From Haliotis rubra (lineage: Eukaryota): a DNA stretch of 64,000 nucleotides. A program made the position numbers and the translations under genes. Below are positions 1-12,822 of the stretch, in pieces; position 1 is the stretch's first letter; each line of letters opens with the position of its first letter. The stretch is from positions 744,001 through 808,000 of the forward strand of contig NW_025765192.1 in NCBI RefSeq assembly GCF_003918875.1. The letters are read 5' to 3'. The notes under the pieces were generated by a model. It made no database searches. It saw only the letters and a program-made list of their open reading frames with translations, and was not told the origin of the DNA.

Positions 1-750
1 TCGTGTTTGTGTCGTCTGCGTGGGCAATCAAAGTCGGGTCCGGTCTTCAGGTCACTTTGGGATGGACATTCAGGGGGACACGGAAATTCAAACGCCGTCG
101 TAATGAAATGTACATAGCAGACGTCACTCAGGGGGAGGATTGAAAAGATGGCTGATGTTTCCTACGAATTTTAACCGCAGCATTTCGAAGATTGTCACGG
201 GCTTGTGTAATGACATCCAGTTTGACATCTTACGTATCTACGTCGTGTGCTGTTTCGTATTACCAAAGAACTATTTGTTTGTAACTCGTATCAGGGTCAA
301 ATTTTAAACCATCTGTTTTTCCAGGGTATGCTAATCTTAATTATCTTCGTGCTGTGCTAGTTAGTATTGCGAAAGCAGTATTTGGTTGCAAATAATGAAC
401 CATCTGTTTTTTCCTGGATAAGGGAATATAAGAAGTCGTTAAGTTGTTTTTGATACGTGTTGAACAGTGATGAAATATGATGTTTTTTATTCTTTGTTCT
501 ATAAACTGATACCGAGTAGATGGAACGCAAAAAGACCCTGGACAGAAAAAAACAGAAACAGACACAGAACTGCATTTCGAGACCTTCTAAATCAACCATA
601 AGAAATAAGATCGCGAAAATGAAACTTTATACTCTACAACTGTCGGTAATGTCATCACAGCAATTCCGGGAGCTATAAATCTGATTCTGCCTTTATACAT
701 CCAAATGTTACGACCGACATTGAATGCCAACGCATTTACCCGACCGATGG

Positions 751-911
751 TCGACAAACATTTAGTCTCCTTAATGACAGAATTTTACAGAAATAAATCG
801 GTTCTTAAATTATCTAAACGAAATGTAATGGGAAGGAGCCTAGAAACTTCACATTTTTTCCAAAATAGTATATACTTGTATATATTTGTTCAGAGTCTGT
901 CTGACAGACTA
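751..911 (-). mobile_element. Short non-autonomous DNA element, TAG..CTA ends, 9-bp TSD (AcademH-like)
   Basis: TSD gaccgatgg/gaccaatgg; ends in cagagtctgtctgacagacta; reverse complement matches the copies at 5150 and 57280. Confidence 0.7.
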
Positions 912-1109
912 GACCAATGGCTGGAATGACTGCTTTCAATTACCACTTGGACGCAAGGCTTGGAGTAATTGTGATATTGCGATTCGGTGCCATCGAAGTG
1001 GAATCTATCTTGCAGTTCGACATGTTCATTTATCCAGGGTATCACATGTCCAATGTCTATTTTACAGACAAACTGGGCCAGTTCTTTACCATAGCACAGT
1101 ATCATCATC

Positions 1110-1182
1110 CTGTCTGGTTCTCAGGTAGACTGCGCTAGCGCTGCACTGAGCGCTAGCGCAGCCTACCCAGGGAACCAGACTG
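1110..1182. mobile_element. 73-bp foldback MITE with 4-bp TSD CATC
   Basis: Near-perfect palindrome ctgtctggttc...gaaccagactg flanked by catc (1106-1109 and 1183-1186). Confidence 0.7.
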
Positions 1183-1429
1183 CATCTTCATCTCTCATAT
1201 CATCTCCTCACACGAGATTCTTCATAATTTTATCCGAAGGCGTCATTCACATTGGACTCAAAACCAAAGCTGGGGCAGCCAAAGAGGATTATATTTGCCA
1301 CAATGAGATGTGTATGATGTACATTACAGTATCGAGGATTAAAAAAGGCTAAACTTGAACAAGTCTCAAAGGTAATAGTTAATAGTTTTAATTTCTGCAA
1401 ATAAAATTAAACGGCTGGCGTCGTTGTTG

Positions 1430-1580
1430 CTTGCTTGGTTGGTTGGTTGGTTGAACATCGATCTACGCAATTGGGATACGTGTGCCAACCAAGTCAGCGA
1501 GCCTGACAACCGACCCCGTTAGTCGCCTCTTACGCAAGCATGGGTTGCTGAAGATCAATTCTAACCCGGATCTTCACGGA
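1430..1580 (-). mobile_element. SINE-like family B, partial copy
   Basis: Reverse complement of the head ccgtgaagatccgggttagaattgatcttcagcaacccatgc; (TGGT)n tail. Confidence 0.8.
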
Positions 1581-2485
1581 TAGCTTAGAAAAGCCTGCTT
1601 GAGCCAGGATCTATTTCTCTCCTACTGTTGTCCATCGCAAGGGCCTTCTATTAAACATGAGATCAGTGTACACGCGAAGTAGCACATATAAAGGTGTTCG
1701 TTCGTCAAGCTGAACACCCACGATCGAATCTCGCATTTTAAATATAGCTGTTAATTTATTACTACACGGAAATTTCTGTTGATTTTTTATCAAGTGGATA
1801 AGAAGGTATATTTTTTAATATAATACTCAAATAAATTACATTTTTGGTGGCAGACAATTTCCAAAAAGCACGCTCAGAAAATTACATGGTCGTGCTCTCA
1901 GATATACAAAGATAAAACATGAGCTTGCTTAGTGCCAAACCTGTTCATTGTGTTGGTAACTGTGAAAGACTTGACACGTCTCCTATATGATTGAGAACCA
2001 TGTGTCGCCCATATCGATAGAAAAGGCCATGCAAAACAATAAATTAATCTTGTTTCTTTATCAGAAGGTTATATTACATGACTCCAGTTGGTCCTCCCTC
2101 GATTGTCTCTGATGGTGTGAAAGTCGTTAGCAACCATAATCGCATAGTTTAAATAAAAATCATTCCTATACAAGCCGGATAATCTTGACATTCATTGAAC
2201 TCGTATTAAGATCAGACTTTGTTACCGGACAAAACCCAAAATTATCATCCGTCCCGACGGAAAATCGTTTAGCGGCTTGTTTGAAATGGTTATTTAGTAG
2301 GCAGTTGTCAACCAGGCATGTAATTGTGTGTCCACGGTTTCTTGATCAATAACCGGTAGCTAAGATTCCTGTGTTGAACTCCGTCATACATGCAAGTGTG
2401 GTTTACTTAGGCAGATTTAGACAATTTGAAGTTGGCCGTTTGTAGGTGGGTGTTGCCTTTTTGTAATAAAACACGTGGCAAACAA

Positions 2486-2861
2486 AGTGAGTGAGTATTG
2501 TTTTACGCCATCTCTAGCAATATCCCAGAAAACCAGGGGGACACCAGATATCCGTTTCATATGAGCTTGCAACCATGTGGGGAATCAAACTCGGGTAATC
2601 GGCCTGAACGTCCTAACCGCCAGGCTAAACCACGGCTCAGGTCAAACAAAGATGATTCGGATACCTTGTGTGTATATAAGTATAGATGCGTACAATCTGA
2701 GTGATGTTTAGTTTTACGCCGCTTTTAGCAATATTCCAGCAATATCAATGCGGAGGGACACCAGAAATGGGCTTCACACATTGTACCCATGTGGGGAATC
2801 GAACCCGGGTCTTCGGCGTGACGAGCGACCGATTTACCCACAAGGCTATCCCACCACCCGC
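2486..2861 (-). mobile_element. Two tandem tRNA-derived SINE family A copies (2486-2637 degraded; 2698-2861)
   Basis: B-box complement ggggaatcgaaccc; shared tail ttttacgccgcttttagcaatattccagc. Confidence 0.8.
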
Positions 2862-3604
2862 GTAAAATCTGATGTACCAAATAAGGAGTTCCATGTCATA
2901 AGCCAGCGGTTACTCGTGTTCCATCAATATTCATTTCTGAATGTCCATAAGATATATCCTACAACATAATTCGGAAGCAATATTACCGTTATTTCTAATC
3001 TGGTGTTTTTTTACTATTTAGACATTAGGGGTTAAGACCGGCATTAAGAACAATAATGTTAAGGAAATGAATTTAAATCAATATCATGAGTGAATTCTAA
3101 TATCCGGAACCGCTGGTTGTTGACACCCTGCATTTCTGATCATCATGTCAGGGCAACTCGACATGACGTTTACGTCGTGCTGACGGACGGCTGTGTCGTA
3201 TAATTCTGGAATGGGGTTTGAATGTGAAAATGTGAAAGGGGCACATACGTTCAGTTTTCATAATCGAATCTCTGTTTTGAAATTAACTTTGGGGTTTGGA
3301 AAGATTTTTTTAACAATTGCTATTCTGAACATGCGCCATGGTGAATGGACCGTGCGGAAGTGTGGATGAAATGAAAACTGGGGCTTTAATTCAACTCGTG
3401 AAAGGGATGAAGCGACATGGGTTTCAACGTCACGATGAAGATTATTACGGTTGTATAGCATTGTGCGTGCGTCCGTGCGTCCGTGCGTATGGGTATGGCT
3501 GCGTACTAGTCCCGTCTGCTGCCGGGTCTGTATTGTGATAGCTCACTGAGATACCAATCACTCCATGTCTCAGTTTAACGCAAACGTGTCTTGCTGGGTA
3601 ACAA

Positions 3605-3818
3605 TTCAGTAACCCATACTTGTAAGAGGCGACTAACGGGATCGGGTGGTCAGGCTCGCTGACTTGGTTGACACATGTCATCGGTTCCCAATTGCGCAGA
3701 TCGATGCACTTGCTGTTGATCACTGGATTGTCTGGTCCAGACTCGATTATTTACAGACCGCCGCCATATAGCTGGAATATTGCTGAGTGCGGCGTAAAAC
3801 TAAACTCACTCACTCACT
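3605..3818 (+). mobile_element. SINE-like family B, 5'-truncated, with TSD
   Basis: TSD gctgggtaacaa (3593-3604 and 3819-3830); (CACT)n tail. Confidence 0.88.
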
Positions 3819-5149
3819 GCTGGGTAACAACAATTAACTGCCACCGTTAACGTATTTGGGTAGTTATATCACGATTAACCGACACAGACACAGTGCACTG
3901 ACCCCAGTCGACTTATCCTTGTTCACCCCGTCAGTTTCCGTATGACACCCGCCGAGGATCTAACCACCGACCCTCCGGGCAGACGCTGTGCCCACTAGAC
4001 CATGGAGGCGCTCCTTCATAAATGAAGTTAGTGAGTTCGGTTTCGGCAACATTCCACACACCAAGCTTCACACAACGTTAGATGTTTTTGTTCAAATCTT
4101 TTCCGTGATGACTTCGACCCAATACTCAGACAGTTTACTTACAGTCTGTGGCGAGCAACACTCTCCCATTCACTTCATGTTGTTGACATCATATCGCTCC
4201 ACACTCTCCTACCCAGAGTTCCATGCGGCAAGCCAGCATAGTATCTCTGCCACAGGCCAGAAAGATGTGACGATTCGTCACATCTTGCACCTTCCATTCA
4301 ATATAATCTACATTTTTCTTAACTTTTTTTATTTTTGACGAGTCTACACATCTAATTGTTTACAAACAAGAGAACAGTCCGGTCACGTGATGTGCAAATT
4401 AGCCTGTGGCAGTGATGTAATTTGCTAAGTCATCACTGCGCCGGAGTGTGATCACTCCAGTGACGCTGTAACCGACAGAACTATTTATATGAGGAACGAA
4501 TGCCCCAAAATACACAATCTACCATTTTCAAAGAAGTGAAAAAATGGCATCGCGTTGAAGGCTCGCTGAGTTGCCGATGGTTGAGACATGTCATCGCATT
4601 CCATTGGTGTAGATATATGAACATAATGACAATCACTGGATTGTATGGTCGAAAATCGATTATTCACAGACCGCCGTCATATGCCTGGAATAAATGCGGC
4701 GTTAAATTGCCTCTATATTGCAATAAACACATCAACATAACCCACGTGTGACCGCGCCGTCCTTGCCCGTTGTTGTGCCATTAAATGAATATGTCAAACA
4801 GTGTTGACGTCCTCATTCAAATTGTTTTCGTATAATTACTCATTCTCTGCACGTTGTTCGTTGAAAGGTCTTTTTATTTTAACCATGGCAGTTAGATTCA
4901 TTTCGAACTGTGTGCTTCCTTATTGCATATTCTGCTGAAGAATTGTTTTGTGTTCACTTTAAGGTTTAGAATATTTTCTCACTGCATAGTTCTAGACATC
5001 CACGGGGATTACAAGAGTGATCTTACAATGCTTACGTTTACATCATTGCCAGTAAATCCCAACCCTCTTCAAAGACAGGCAAGTGTTGCATCTTGTGGAA
5101 CGAGGGACAGGAAGTGGAAGTCCAAGGACAGGAACATTCCGGAACAATT

Positions 5150-5337
5150 TAGTCTGTCATACAGACCCTGAAGCAAATATATCCAAGAATCCCACTCAAG
5201 TCTAGAAAATGTGGCAAGTCTAGATTTCCACAGCTTAAATGAAGAGAGTCTCAGGGCTCCTTTTCATTTTATTTTTTTTCACTATATGCGCTTTTTTCTG
5301 TAAAATTTGTTCATTTAAGAGACTAGTTGTTTGTCTA
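5150..5337 (+). mobile_element. AcademH-like short element
   Basis: tagtctgtcatacagacc...agagactagttgtttgtcta; TSD ggaacaatt/gtaacaatt. Confidence 0.75.
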
Positions 5338-5458
5338 GTAACAATTATGTGGTTCGGGTTTTGACTGTTGTTTGTTTGTCATCTTGAAACCAACATATTA
5401 TGCCTTCAATCTGAATTTTGTGTTTCTTATAATGTGTCATTTGTAGGGCTGCGCGGTA

Positions 5459-5665
5459 TTACCGGTATACCGGTAAACCGCAACACGGAATTGTAACAAT
5501 TACGTATCGTGATACGTCCACGATGTACCGGTATACCGGTAAACCGCAACACGAAATTGTAACAATTACGTATCGTGATACGTTCATGATGTACCGGTAT
5601 ACCGGTAAACTGCAACACGGAATTGTAACAATTACGTATCGTGATACGTCCACGATGTACCGGTA
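5459..5665. repeat. 69-bp tandem repeat x3 (left hAT subterminal)
   Basis: Unit taccggtataccggtaaaccgcaacacggaattgtaacaattacgtatcgtgatacgtccacgatg..., rich in internal palindromes. Confidence 0.9.
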
Positions 5666-5774
5666 ATACTGACAAATATTGTTTTGTTCAATTTTAACTC
5701 ACATAAAACTTATCTAGTTCACCCCTTCTACCGAGACTACCTTGTCATTGTGAAGAAGTCCAAAGGCAAGTGCG

Positions 5775-6400
5775 ATGTTGAAGGACAAAGCTATCCTCCT
5801 GTCATTTCCTAGCCATGATCTTATAATGGATGATGTGACCCGCTGGAATAGTGCCTTTGACATGATGGCAAGATTCCCAGAAATGCCGTTTGCTGTCCTT
5901 ACAGAGCTGATGGACAAAACAGGGAGCAAGTGCAAGGGTGATTTGGCCACATTATCTAATGAGGAAGCTCGACTGGCAGAAGATTTGATGCAGTTCTTGA
6001 AACCGATGAAGGACATGACCACAATGATAAGCACAGAAAACTCCCCTACTGTGTAAGACATCATGCCATTGAAACATCATTTGATGAATGTAGCTGTCTT
6101 TCCTAAAGATTACGACATTCCTACAGTTGCTGAAATAAGACGAATAGTGGCAACAGAATTTCAACCAAGGTATGTAAAACAAGCAGAAATGCTGTACGTG
6201 GCCTCAGGTGTTGATCCAAGATGCAAACGTCTTCCTTTTCTCTCAGATGAAGAGGAATATGATGTTTTCGGAAATGTCACAGCACAAACAGCCAAAATAA
6301 CAGAGAAAAACAACAAGCCTGTTATCAAAACTGAAGCTGATACAGGTAACAAAGACTCAACATTGCCAGATTTGCCAGACCTACACACAGTGATACTTGA
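5775..6400 (+). pseudogene. hAT (ZBED1/ZBED4-like) transposase fragment
   Basis: DVTRWNSAFDM, LKPMKDMTTMISTENSPT and ASGVDPRCKRLPFLS match the hAT TRWNS and DPRFK motifs; in-frame stop at 6054-6056. Confidence 0.85.
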
Positions 6401-6689
6401 AGTCTGTGTGAGACACTCTGGCAATCAAAATGTGATCCTTTATGGTGCTTGTGTTCAGAAAATAATTATTTTATTTTTTAACTTGTAACTTTAGTTTGTA
6501 GTTTCAGGTAGAGACATTTTGTTACTCTTTGGTTCCTTAAATTACTGTAAATGAATTTTAAAATGAAAACAAAAGAATGGTCTACTTTTTCCATTTTTTA
6601 CTTTGAAGGAAGCTGTTCAATGCACAATAGTTACTCACATATACTGTGATTCAATTTGAAGGTAAAAGAATCTCATTAAGGTTTCTTTC

Positions 6690-7368
6690 ACAATATATTG
6701 CAATACATATTGCGGTACAGAAGAGTGTATCGCAATATATTGCAAAACGTATTGCGGTACAGAAGAGTGTATCGCAATATATTGCAATACGTATTGCGGT
6801 ACAGAAGAGTGTATCGCAATATATCGCAAAATGTGTGAATATCAAAATGTGTGAATCAAAAATCATAATGAAATATTTAATGAACTATTTCTTCTGTGTA
6901 AATATAATGATAATCTTTTTCAGTATTTCAGTATTTAACTTGTTCTTTATTGAAAACAATAAATGCTCTTTAATGCTCATTAATGAACTATGCCTCCTGC
7001 GGGTAATCTTCAGCAACAGGGCTGTTCCCACTTTCATCGTAGGGATGGGGTAGCACCACCTGTGTGCACTGAACCATTAATTAATGTGTCTCACAACTGG
7101 GAGTTCTCACAAATGGGAGGACACCTACAGAAGAGTGTATCGCAATATATCGCAATAGTATTGCGGTACAGAAGAGTGTATCGCAATATATTGCAATACG
7201 TATTGCGGTACAGAAGAGTGTATCGCAATATATTGCAATACGTATTGCGGTACAGAAGAGTGTATCGCAATATATCGCAATACGTATTGCGGTACAGAAG
7301 AGTGTATCGCAATATATCGCAATAGTTATTGCGGTACAGAAGAGTGTATCGCAATATATCGCAATACG
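6690..7368. repeat. 42-bp tandem repeat in two blocks (6690-6830, 7127-7368)
   Basis: Unit tattgcggtacagaagagtgtatcgcaatatattgcaatacg. Confidence 0.92.
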
Positions 7369-8009
7369 AAATCTGTTGCAATACACAACCTTAGTCATTA
7401 AATGTTATAGGAAGGTAGCCTCGAAATCAAATTAAGAATGTGTATATGGCAATGTCATCTCATTTACTTCAAAGAGATAACGTATAACTATTTACAATTA
7501 CTTAACTTAACCACCTCGAGAAACATGATATTCTTACCAACCTGTTTCATCGGTTACCATGGTAGCTTAATCATAGTGAAAATGAATTTATGCCATCAGC
7601 ATTTACTTTTCCAAAGTAAGGTGAACTTTGGAATAAATGACGATCGATTAGAGGTGTGAACTTTAAACAGGTTGTATGTATAAACATCATGCTACCAATA
7701 ACAAAATGTCAAAACGTAACAGATGAAAATAATGAGAAAAACTAATCGAAAAAGGAGTCAATATTCCTACCGTATTTTACTGTATAAGCGTCAGCTCATA
7801 TATTACACTGGAAAGAGTGTTTACTGATGTTTACTTGTATAACGTCAAATGCTAACACCATACAATAAAAACCGTGATGTTCCATACGGGGTATGAAGGA
7901 GAAATAGTGATGAAAATTATATGAATGGAACACTGGAAGGCAGTGATGACACCAGGTGTTCGCGAATTAGGGCAAGCATGTCTTGCATCACCAGGACACC
8001 TACCACCCC

Positions 8010-8213
8010 TAGCCTGTCTCAGTCACTGAACCACTTTATTTTCCCTACTGCCTAACCCTCTCTGCAATGCTAATACCCTAAACGAAGCAAGTCTAGATTT
8101 CTTCAGGTTCAGGAACCTCCCATCTCTGAATCTCTGGGGCTCCTTTTCAATTTAATTGGGTGTGTTTGTTACTGTCAAGATTATATATATTCAGAGACTA
8201 AGCGTTTAGTCTA
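8010..8213 (+). mobile_element. AcademH-like short element, second subfamily
   Basis: tagcctgtc...cagagactaagcgtttagtcta; similar to the copies at 47073 and 58556; TSD decayed. Confidence 0.65.
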
Positions 8214-8394
8214 CCGCCACCTCAGGTTAATGACCTTGCCTCAGGACGCAGCTCGTGACAAAGTTAACTGTATACATCGACCAAAACACATCTCTGCCCT
8301 ACCTGCCCTGAATGTCATAACGGTGCATCATTTCCATATTGACTGGTTCATGTCTGTATTTGCGCTGCATCACCGATATCCAAAAATGAATGTA

Positions 8395-9713
8395 AACTAG
8401 CGCTAACAAGAAACTATACACCGCAAAATATTACATATAAATTCACAAATTGCCAATTAAAACCATACTGAGCCATGTCACACGCGCACAGGCCCATCCT
8501 TTCCAGGAACAAACAAGTTAACGAATTGCCTAAACGTCGCAACAAATATAAATAAAACGACTTTTTCTGATGTAACTCGAAATGCACGTACATACTGACG
8601 CTATAAAACAGAGAGAGCTGTCGGAATGGCACAACAAGGAACGTCATTGTCTGAACATTCGGCTGCACCCGAGCAACTGTCATCAGACTGATGCAACGAT
8701 TAAGACAAACAGGCAATACGTCAGACAGGCCTAGGAGTGGTCGACCACGTGTAACAACGCTCGGTGATGATCGCCACATCCGGACAATTCATCTGAGAAA
8801 TCGTTTTGTAACGGCGACGTCAACGGCACTAGGACACCGTACCAGCGTAATCGAATACGTCGACCCTACCGCGGAGTGCATCTGACTCTTCAAAACCGAC
8901 GTCGTCGATTAACATGGGCCAGGCGAGTTGGACGTTGGCAGATGCGTGATTGGCGACGTGTGATGTTCACCGACGAGAGTAGGTTTTGTCTGAACAGTAA
9001 TAGCGGTCGGACTCGTGTTCACAGACGAGTAGGTGAACGTCTAGCGCCGAATTGCGTTCAGCAAGTCCGACCGTTTGTAGCCGATAGCGTGGTGTTGTGG
9101 GAAGGGATCTCAAGATCTCAAGGCGAGGCGTGTGATTATTCATGGCAACGAAGATACAGGGACGAAGTTTTGCGACTAGTTGTGTTGCTATTAATAGAGC
9201 AACAACCACGTAGCATTGTCTACCAACACGATAACGGAAGGTCTCATACAGCAAGACTAACAAACGACTTTCTGCATAACGCAAACATCGTTGTCCAAGA
9301 TATCTTCAATATCTTGGACATCAATGTACAACTTCTAAATGCCACTGAAAGACAGCAAACATCGTTGTTTTGCCGTGGCCAGTATATTCTCCAGACATGA
9401 AACCGATAGAACACTTTTGGGCGTACCTGGATCGACAAATCACAAGACTACCAGCGCCACCTGTCAGCGCTCAATAACTTGAACAATGTCTCCTACAGGA
9501 ATGGATCACGCCTAACGTCATTCGTCGTCTTACGTCATCAAAACGTCGACGCGTCTTGGCGTGTATTGAAGCCAATGTTGTTCACACTCACTATTGATTC
9601 AATATTTGATGACATTTTGCAGAAAAAACCCACCTTGAACAGATGATCATTTATGTATGCTTTTGTTTTCTTTCTGGTCAAACACGCTGTTTACTTTCTT
9701 TTGAGCACTAGCG
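8395..9713 (+). mobile_element. Tc1/mariner transposon, full-length but decayed
   Basis: TA at 8393-8394 and 9714-9715; imperfect TIRs aactagcgctaacaagaaactatacaccg and (reverse complement) cgctagtgctcaaaagaaagtaaacagcg. Confidence 0.85.
8625..9596 (+). pseudogene. Tc1 DD34E-type transposase pseudogene
   Basis: DRPRSGRPRVT, VMFTDESRF, VYQHDNGRSH and PWPVYSPDMKPIEH spread over several frames; frameshifts. Confidence 0.9.
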
Positions 9714-10062
9714 TATATGTCTCCATCTCCAGATTTCCCTCATAGCCATTTACATAGATACAATCAGACACCTTTGAGTCGAAGTTTGGTGTGATTGTCT
9801 CCAAGTAACAGCTTAGTTCCTGAAAATTCTCCATTTGGTCATCATTGTCGAACCTCTGATAACTCGAAGTATTTTCGTAGGACCCTTCAGCTTAGCCGCA
9901 ATGGTAATCGGAAATCGAAAAATCTGTCCTGCTTTAAGAGACTTCTTATGACGACGAAAGAGTTATATTGCTTTTACATTCAACCTTAGAAATAATGTCT
10001 GGACGAGGCACGAGAACTATAGTCAGCTGTTTGGTTCACATGTCAAAGGTGGGAGAGTAATC

Positions 10063-10194
10063 CTGGGTCCGTTTCACAAAGCTCTCGTAAGCCTAAGATC
10101 TCGTAAATTTTCTCGTAGCAATCGTACCTCCTATGCTGTAACATTAACTTACGATAGTCGTAGCGCTACGATAGCTTTGTGAAACGGGGCCCAG
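10063..10194. mobile_element. MITE with about 20-bp TIRs (possibly PIF/Harbinger, CWG flanks)
   Basis: ctgggtccgtttcacaaagct ... agctttgtgaaacggggcccag. Confidence 0.75.
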
Positions 10195-10875
10195 CTGTAC
10201 CTTTGTTTTTATCGCAATGTGTCTGATGACGTCATATATGACAATCCCACACCACATAGATATACCCACACAGGTATTTAAAAAAAACTATAATAGCAGT
10301 TACAGAAAGTCTATATATATTCTTATAAAGTTATATGCTCGGGCTTTAAGAGTTCATAATTTTTAACTTTGTTAAATTTGAAATGCCAATATTTGTTTTG
10401 AAAGTTTAGTCTTTAAATTTAGTGCATGCTTCAAAACAGTTTAACGGTGTATTTTGGTGTTACATCGCAATTCACCACGTGCCTGGGGTAGACAGCTGAC
10501 GGCAATATATCGCAGTTGTTGACGTCGCCGTCGTGTAGGTGGAGGCATGTGCAACAGGTGTGGCTGAGAGACAGTTCCGATGATGTGTGTGGACAGGAAG
10601 AGACATGGTGTGTTACCGACATCGCAGGAGCCCTGAATTAATCACGCTGACACATGACACGTTTTCAAAAACATTGATCGCTTCAATGAAACTCTGCGTT
10701 TTAGCGCTTGCGGAAGAACGCGCGAGAACTACGTTTCCTGTTTTCGGTTTACTGAAGAAATGATGGTATTTCACTGATAGTGTTAAAAATATTCATGGAC
10801 GTAAAATAAACAACAGTTTACTGTTAACATTCCTGAAGGACGTCCGCTTAAGTAACAAATGTTTGTAAATGTCTG

Positions 10876-11255
10876 TTGGTTGGTTGGTTTGTCTTTTAAC
10901 GCCACACTCAACAATATTCCAGCTCTATGGCGGCGGTCTGTAAATAATCGAGTCTGGACCAGACAATGCAGTGATCAACAAGCCTGAGCATCGATCTACG
11001 CAATTGGGATACGTTGATATGTAAATGAATGTCTGTAGGAAGCGTGTCAGAAGTTTTAAATTTCGATTGTTTAAGTTTTACAAGCACTTTCTTTAATTCG
11101 CAGCCTTTGAGGTGAAAAAACGCATTTGTTTGTTCCATGATCATGGATATATCCAAATAGGATACGACAACTTGTTGGCAACAGTGACCGCCCGATTCTG
11201 TTATTCCCTCATAAGACAAGCATGGGTTGCTGAAGACCATGGATCTTCATATGGA
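10876..11255 (-). mobile_element. SINE-like family B copy interrupted by about 150 bp of unrelated sequence
   Basis: 3' half at 10876-11012 and degraded 5' half at about 11160-11255; ggatacg repeated at both junctions. Confidence 0.65.
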
Positions 11256-11980
11256 CCGTAATATGACTGAAATATGACTCATCTGACGCTATGTGTTATA
11301 TATCTCACACAACCTCCTACAAGCACACAAACAACAAATCGTTTTTCTGGGAATTACATCTATCAACTTGAAATGCAACTGTCACAAGTTAACGTGTCGA
11401 CTTTTCGACCTATTGTAGTCGTATTCTCCCGCTGTGGTTTCTCTATTCGTCAAATTTAAAAACCCGACAACATCAAAACAAACATGTTTGTAATTAAAAT
11501 TTTCGACATTCCTTCAAAACATGTTTTATGATATTGCAAGTTCTAATTATTTTGTTCCGATACTGAATCATCTTCCTTGATCCTGAATCAGATAGTTTTT
11601 TTCTCCCGGGAACATCTCTTACGAAGGTTTTTTAATTTCTGTGCAAATTAAGCCTGTAGTACACATGAATATACTACACAGTAAAGCATTTGTTGACATC
11701 ACACAAAAACCTAAAGTTGTTCCTTGTCCCACAATTCAAATGCGTTGCAATGCTTAGACATGCTTAGTATTTAAACGTTTGAACTATCTGAGCTTGTTGG
11801 GACCCACAAATATTCCCAAGGAGGAGAGGGATTAAATAAGGTTCAAAGTTGCGTTCAATATGAATGAAGTTACTAAGCAACGAGCAGGCACGTGGATGTG
11901 AGCGCGGGGGCTTGTCTTAAAACTAATGCGGGTTTTACAATGCTAACCTCCTGAGATACCATGACGTATATTTAACATGA

Positions 11981-12146
11981 CTGACTGACTGAGTTTGGTT
12001 TTACGCCGCTTTTAGCAATATTCCAGCAACATCACGGCGGGGGACACCAGAAATGGGCTTCACACATTGTACCCATGTGGGGATTCGAACCCGGGTCTTC
12101 GGCGTGACGAGCCAACGCTTTGACCACTAGGCTACCCCACCGCCCC
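11981..12146 (-). mobile_element. tRNA-derived SINE family A, full length
   Basis: A-box TAGCCTAGTGG and B-box GGTTCGAATCC on the minus strand; 14-bp TSD tatatttaacatga. Confidence 0.92.
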
Positions 12147-12684
12147 TATATTTAACATGAATACCCAATTCAGACACAAGATACTCACTCTGAGCCGTCA
12201 AGTCAGTTAGCATAGCACTAAATAATAATCGTTTAAAGTCCCACACATGTCATGGTCCGGGATCAAACCCCAAACCCCTACCGGGCAGACATCCTCTCCA
12301 CTGGACCACAGCTGCAGTCTCAGGATATATAGATATATTACTTGTGTGTTTATCAGATATACTAAGGACTTGAGTTAGCTGCATCAACATAAGCCAGTAT
12401 ACGTGGGTTCGTCACAGATGATTTACAATCCACGACCCCTGCATGCTGCTGTGTCCATATCAAGGTGATCTCAATACCAATATTACTCAGATCATTCATT
12501 ATTTATTCAGTACGTTCAGAATAGGGGAACATTATCAAAATTTAATCATGATGATATTTAGGCACATTATTAGATTCAGCCTTGTGAATCAAAGCCTAGA
12601 AGTCATTGTTTAATTTGATGCCTCAACCCCGTCCTTTGCCATGGAACAGTTTTGACCCAGTGTTGTATGGTGGCTGATTAGGGC

Positions 12685-12822
12685 CATCGCTTTCTCGCCT
12701 TAAAATACGGAGGCGAGAAAGCGAGAAAGCGATATCACGAGACGAGAAAGCGATAACACGAGACGAGAAAGCGATAACACGAGACGAGAAAGCGATAGCA
12801 CGAGACGAGAAAGCGATAACGC
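12685..12822. repeat. 21-bp tandem repeat (about 5 copies) preceded by an inverted copy
   Basis: Unit acgagacgagaaagcgataac; hairpin tcgctttctcgcct-N10-aggcgagaaagcga. Confidence 0.85.

Larger units (their letters stand above)
5444..7393 (+). mobile_element. Decayed hAT transposon with subterminal tandem arrays
   Basis: Ends tagggctg... and ...caacctta; flanking 8-mers gtcatttg/gtcattaa (6/8 match); internal transposase remnant. Confidence 0.7.

Noticed and set aside
6635-7398. Repetitive ORFs (AIYCDTLFCT)
   Set aside because: Translation of the 42-bp hAT subterminal repeat.
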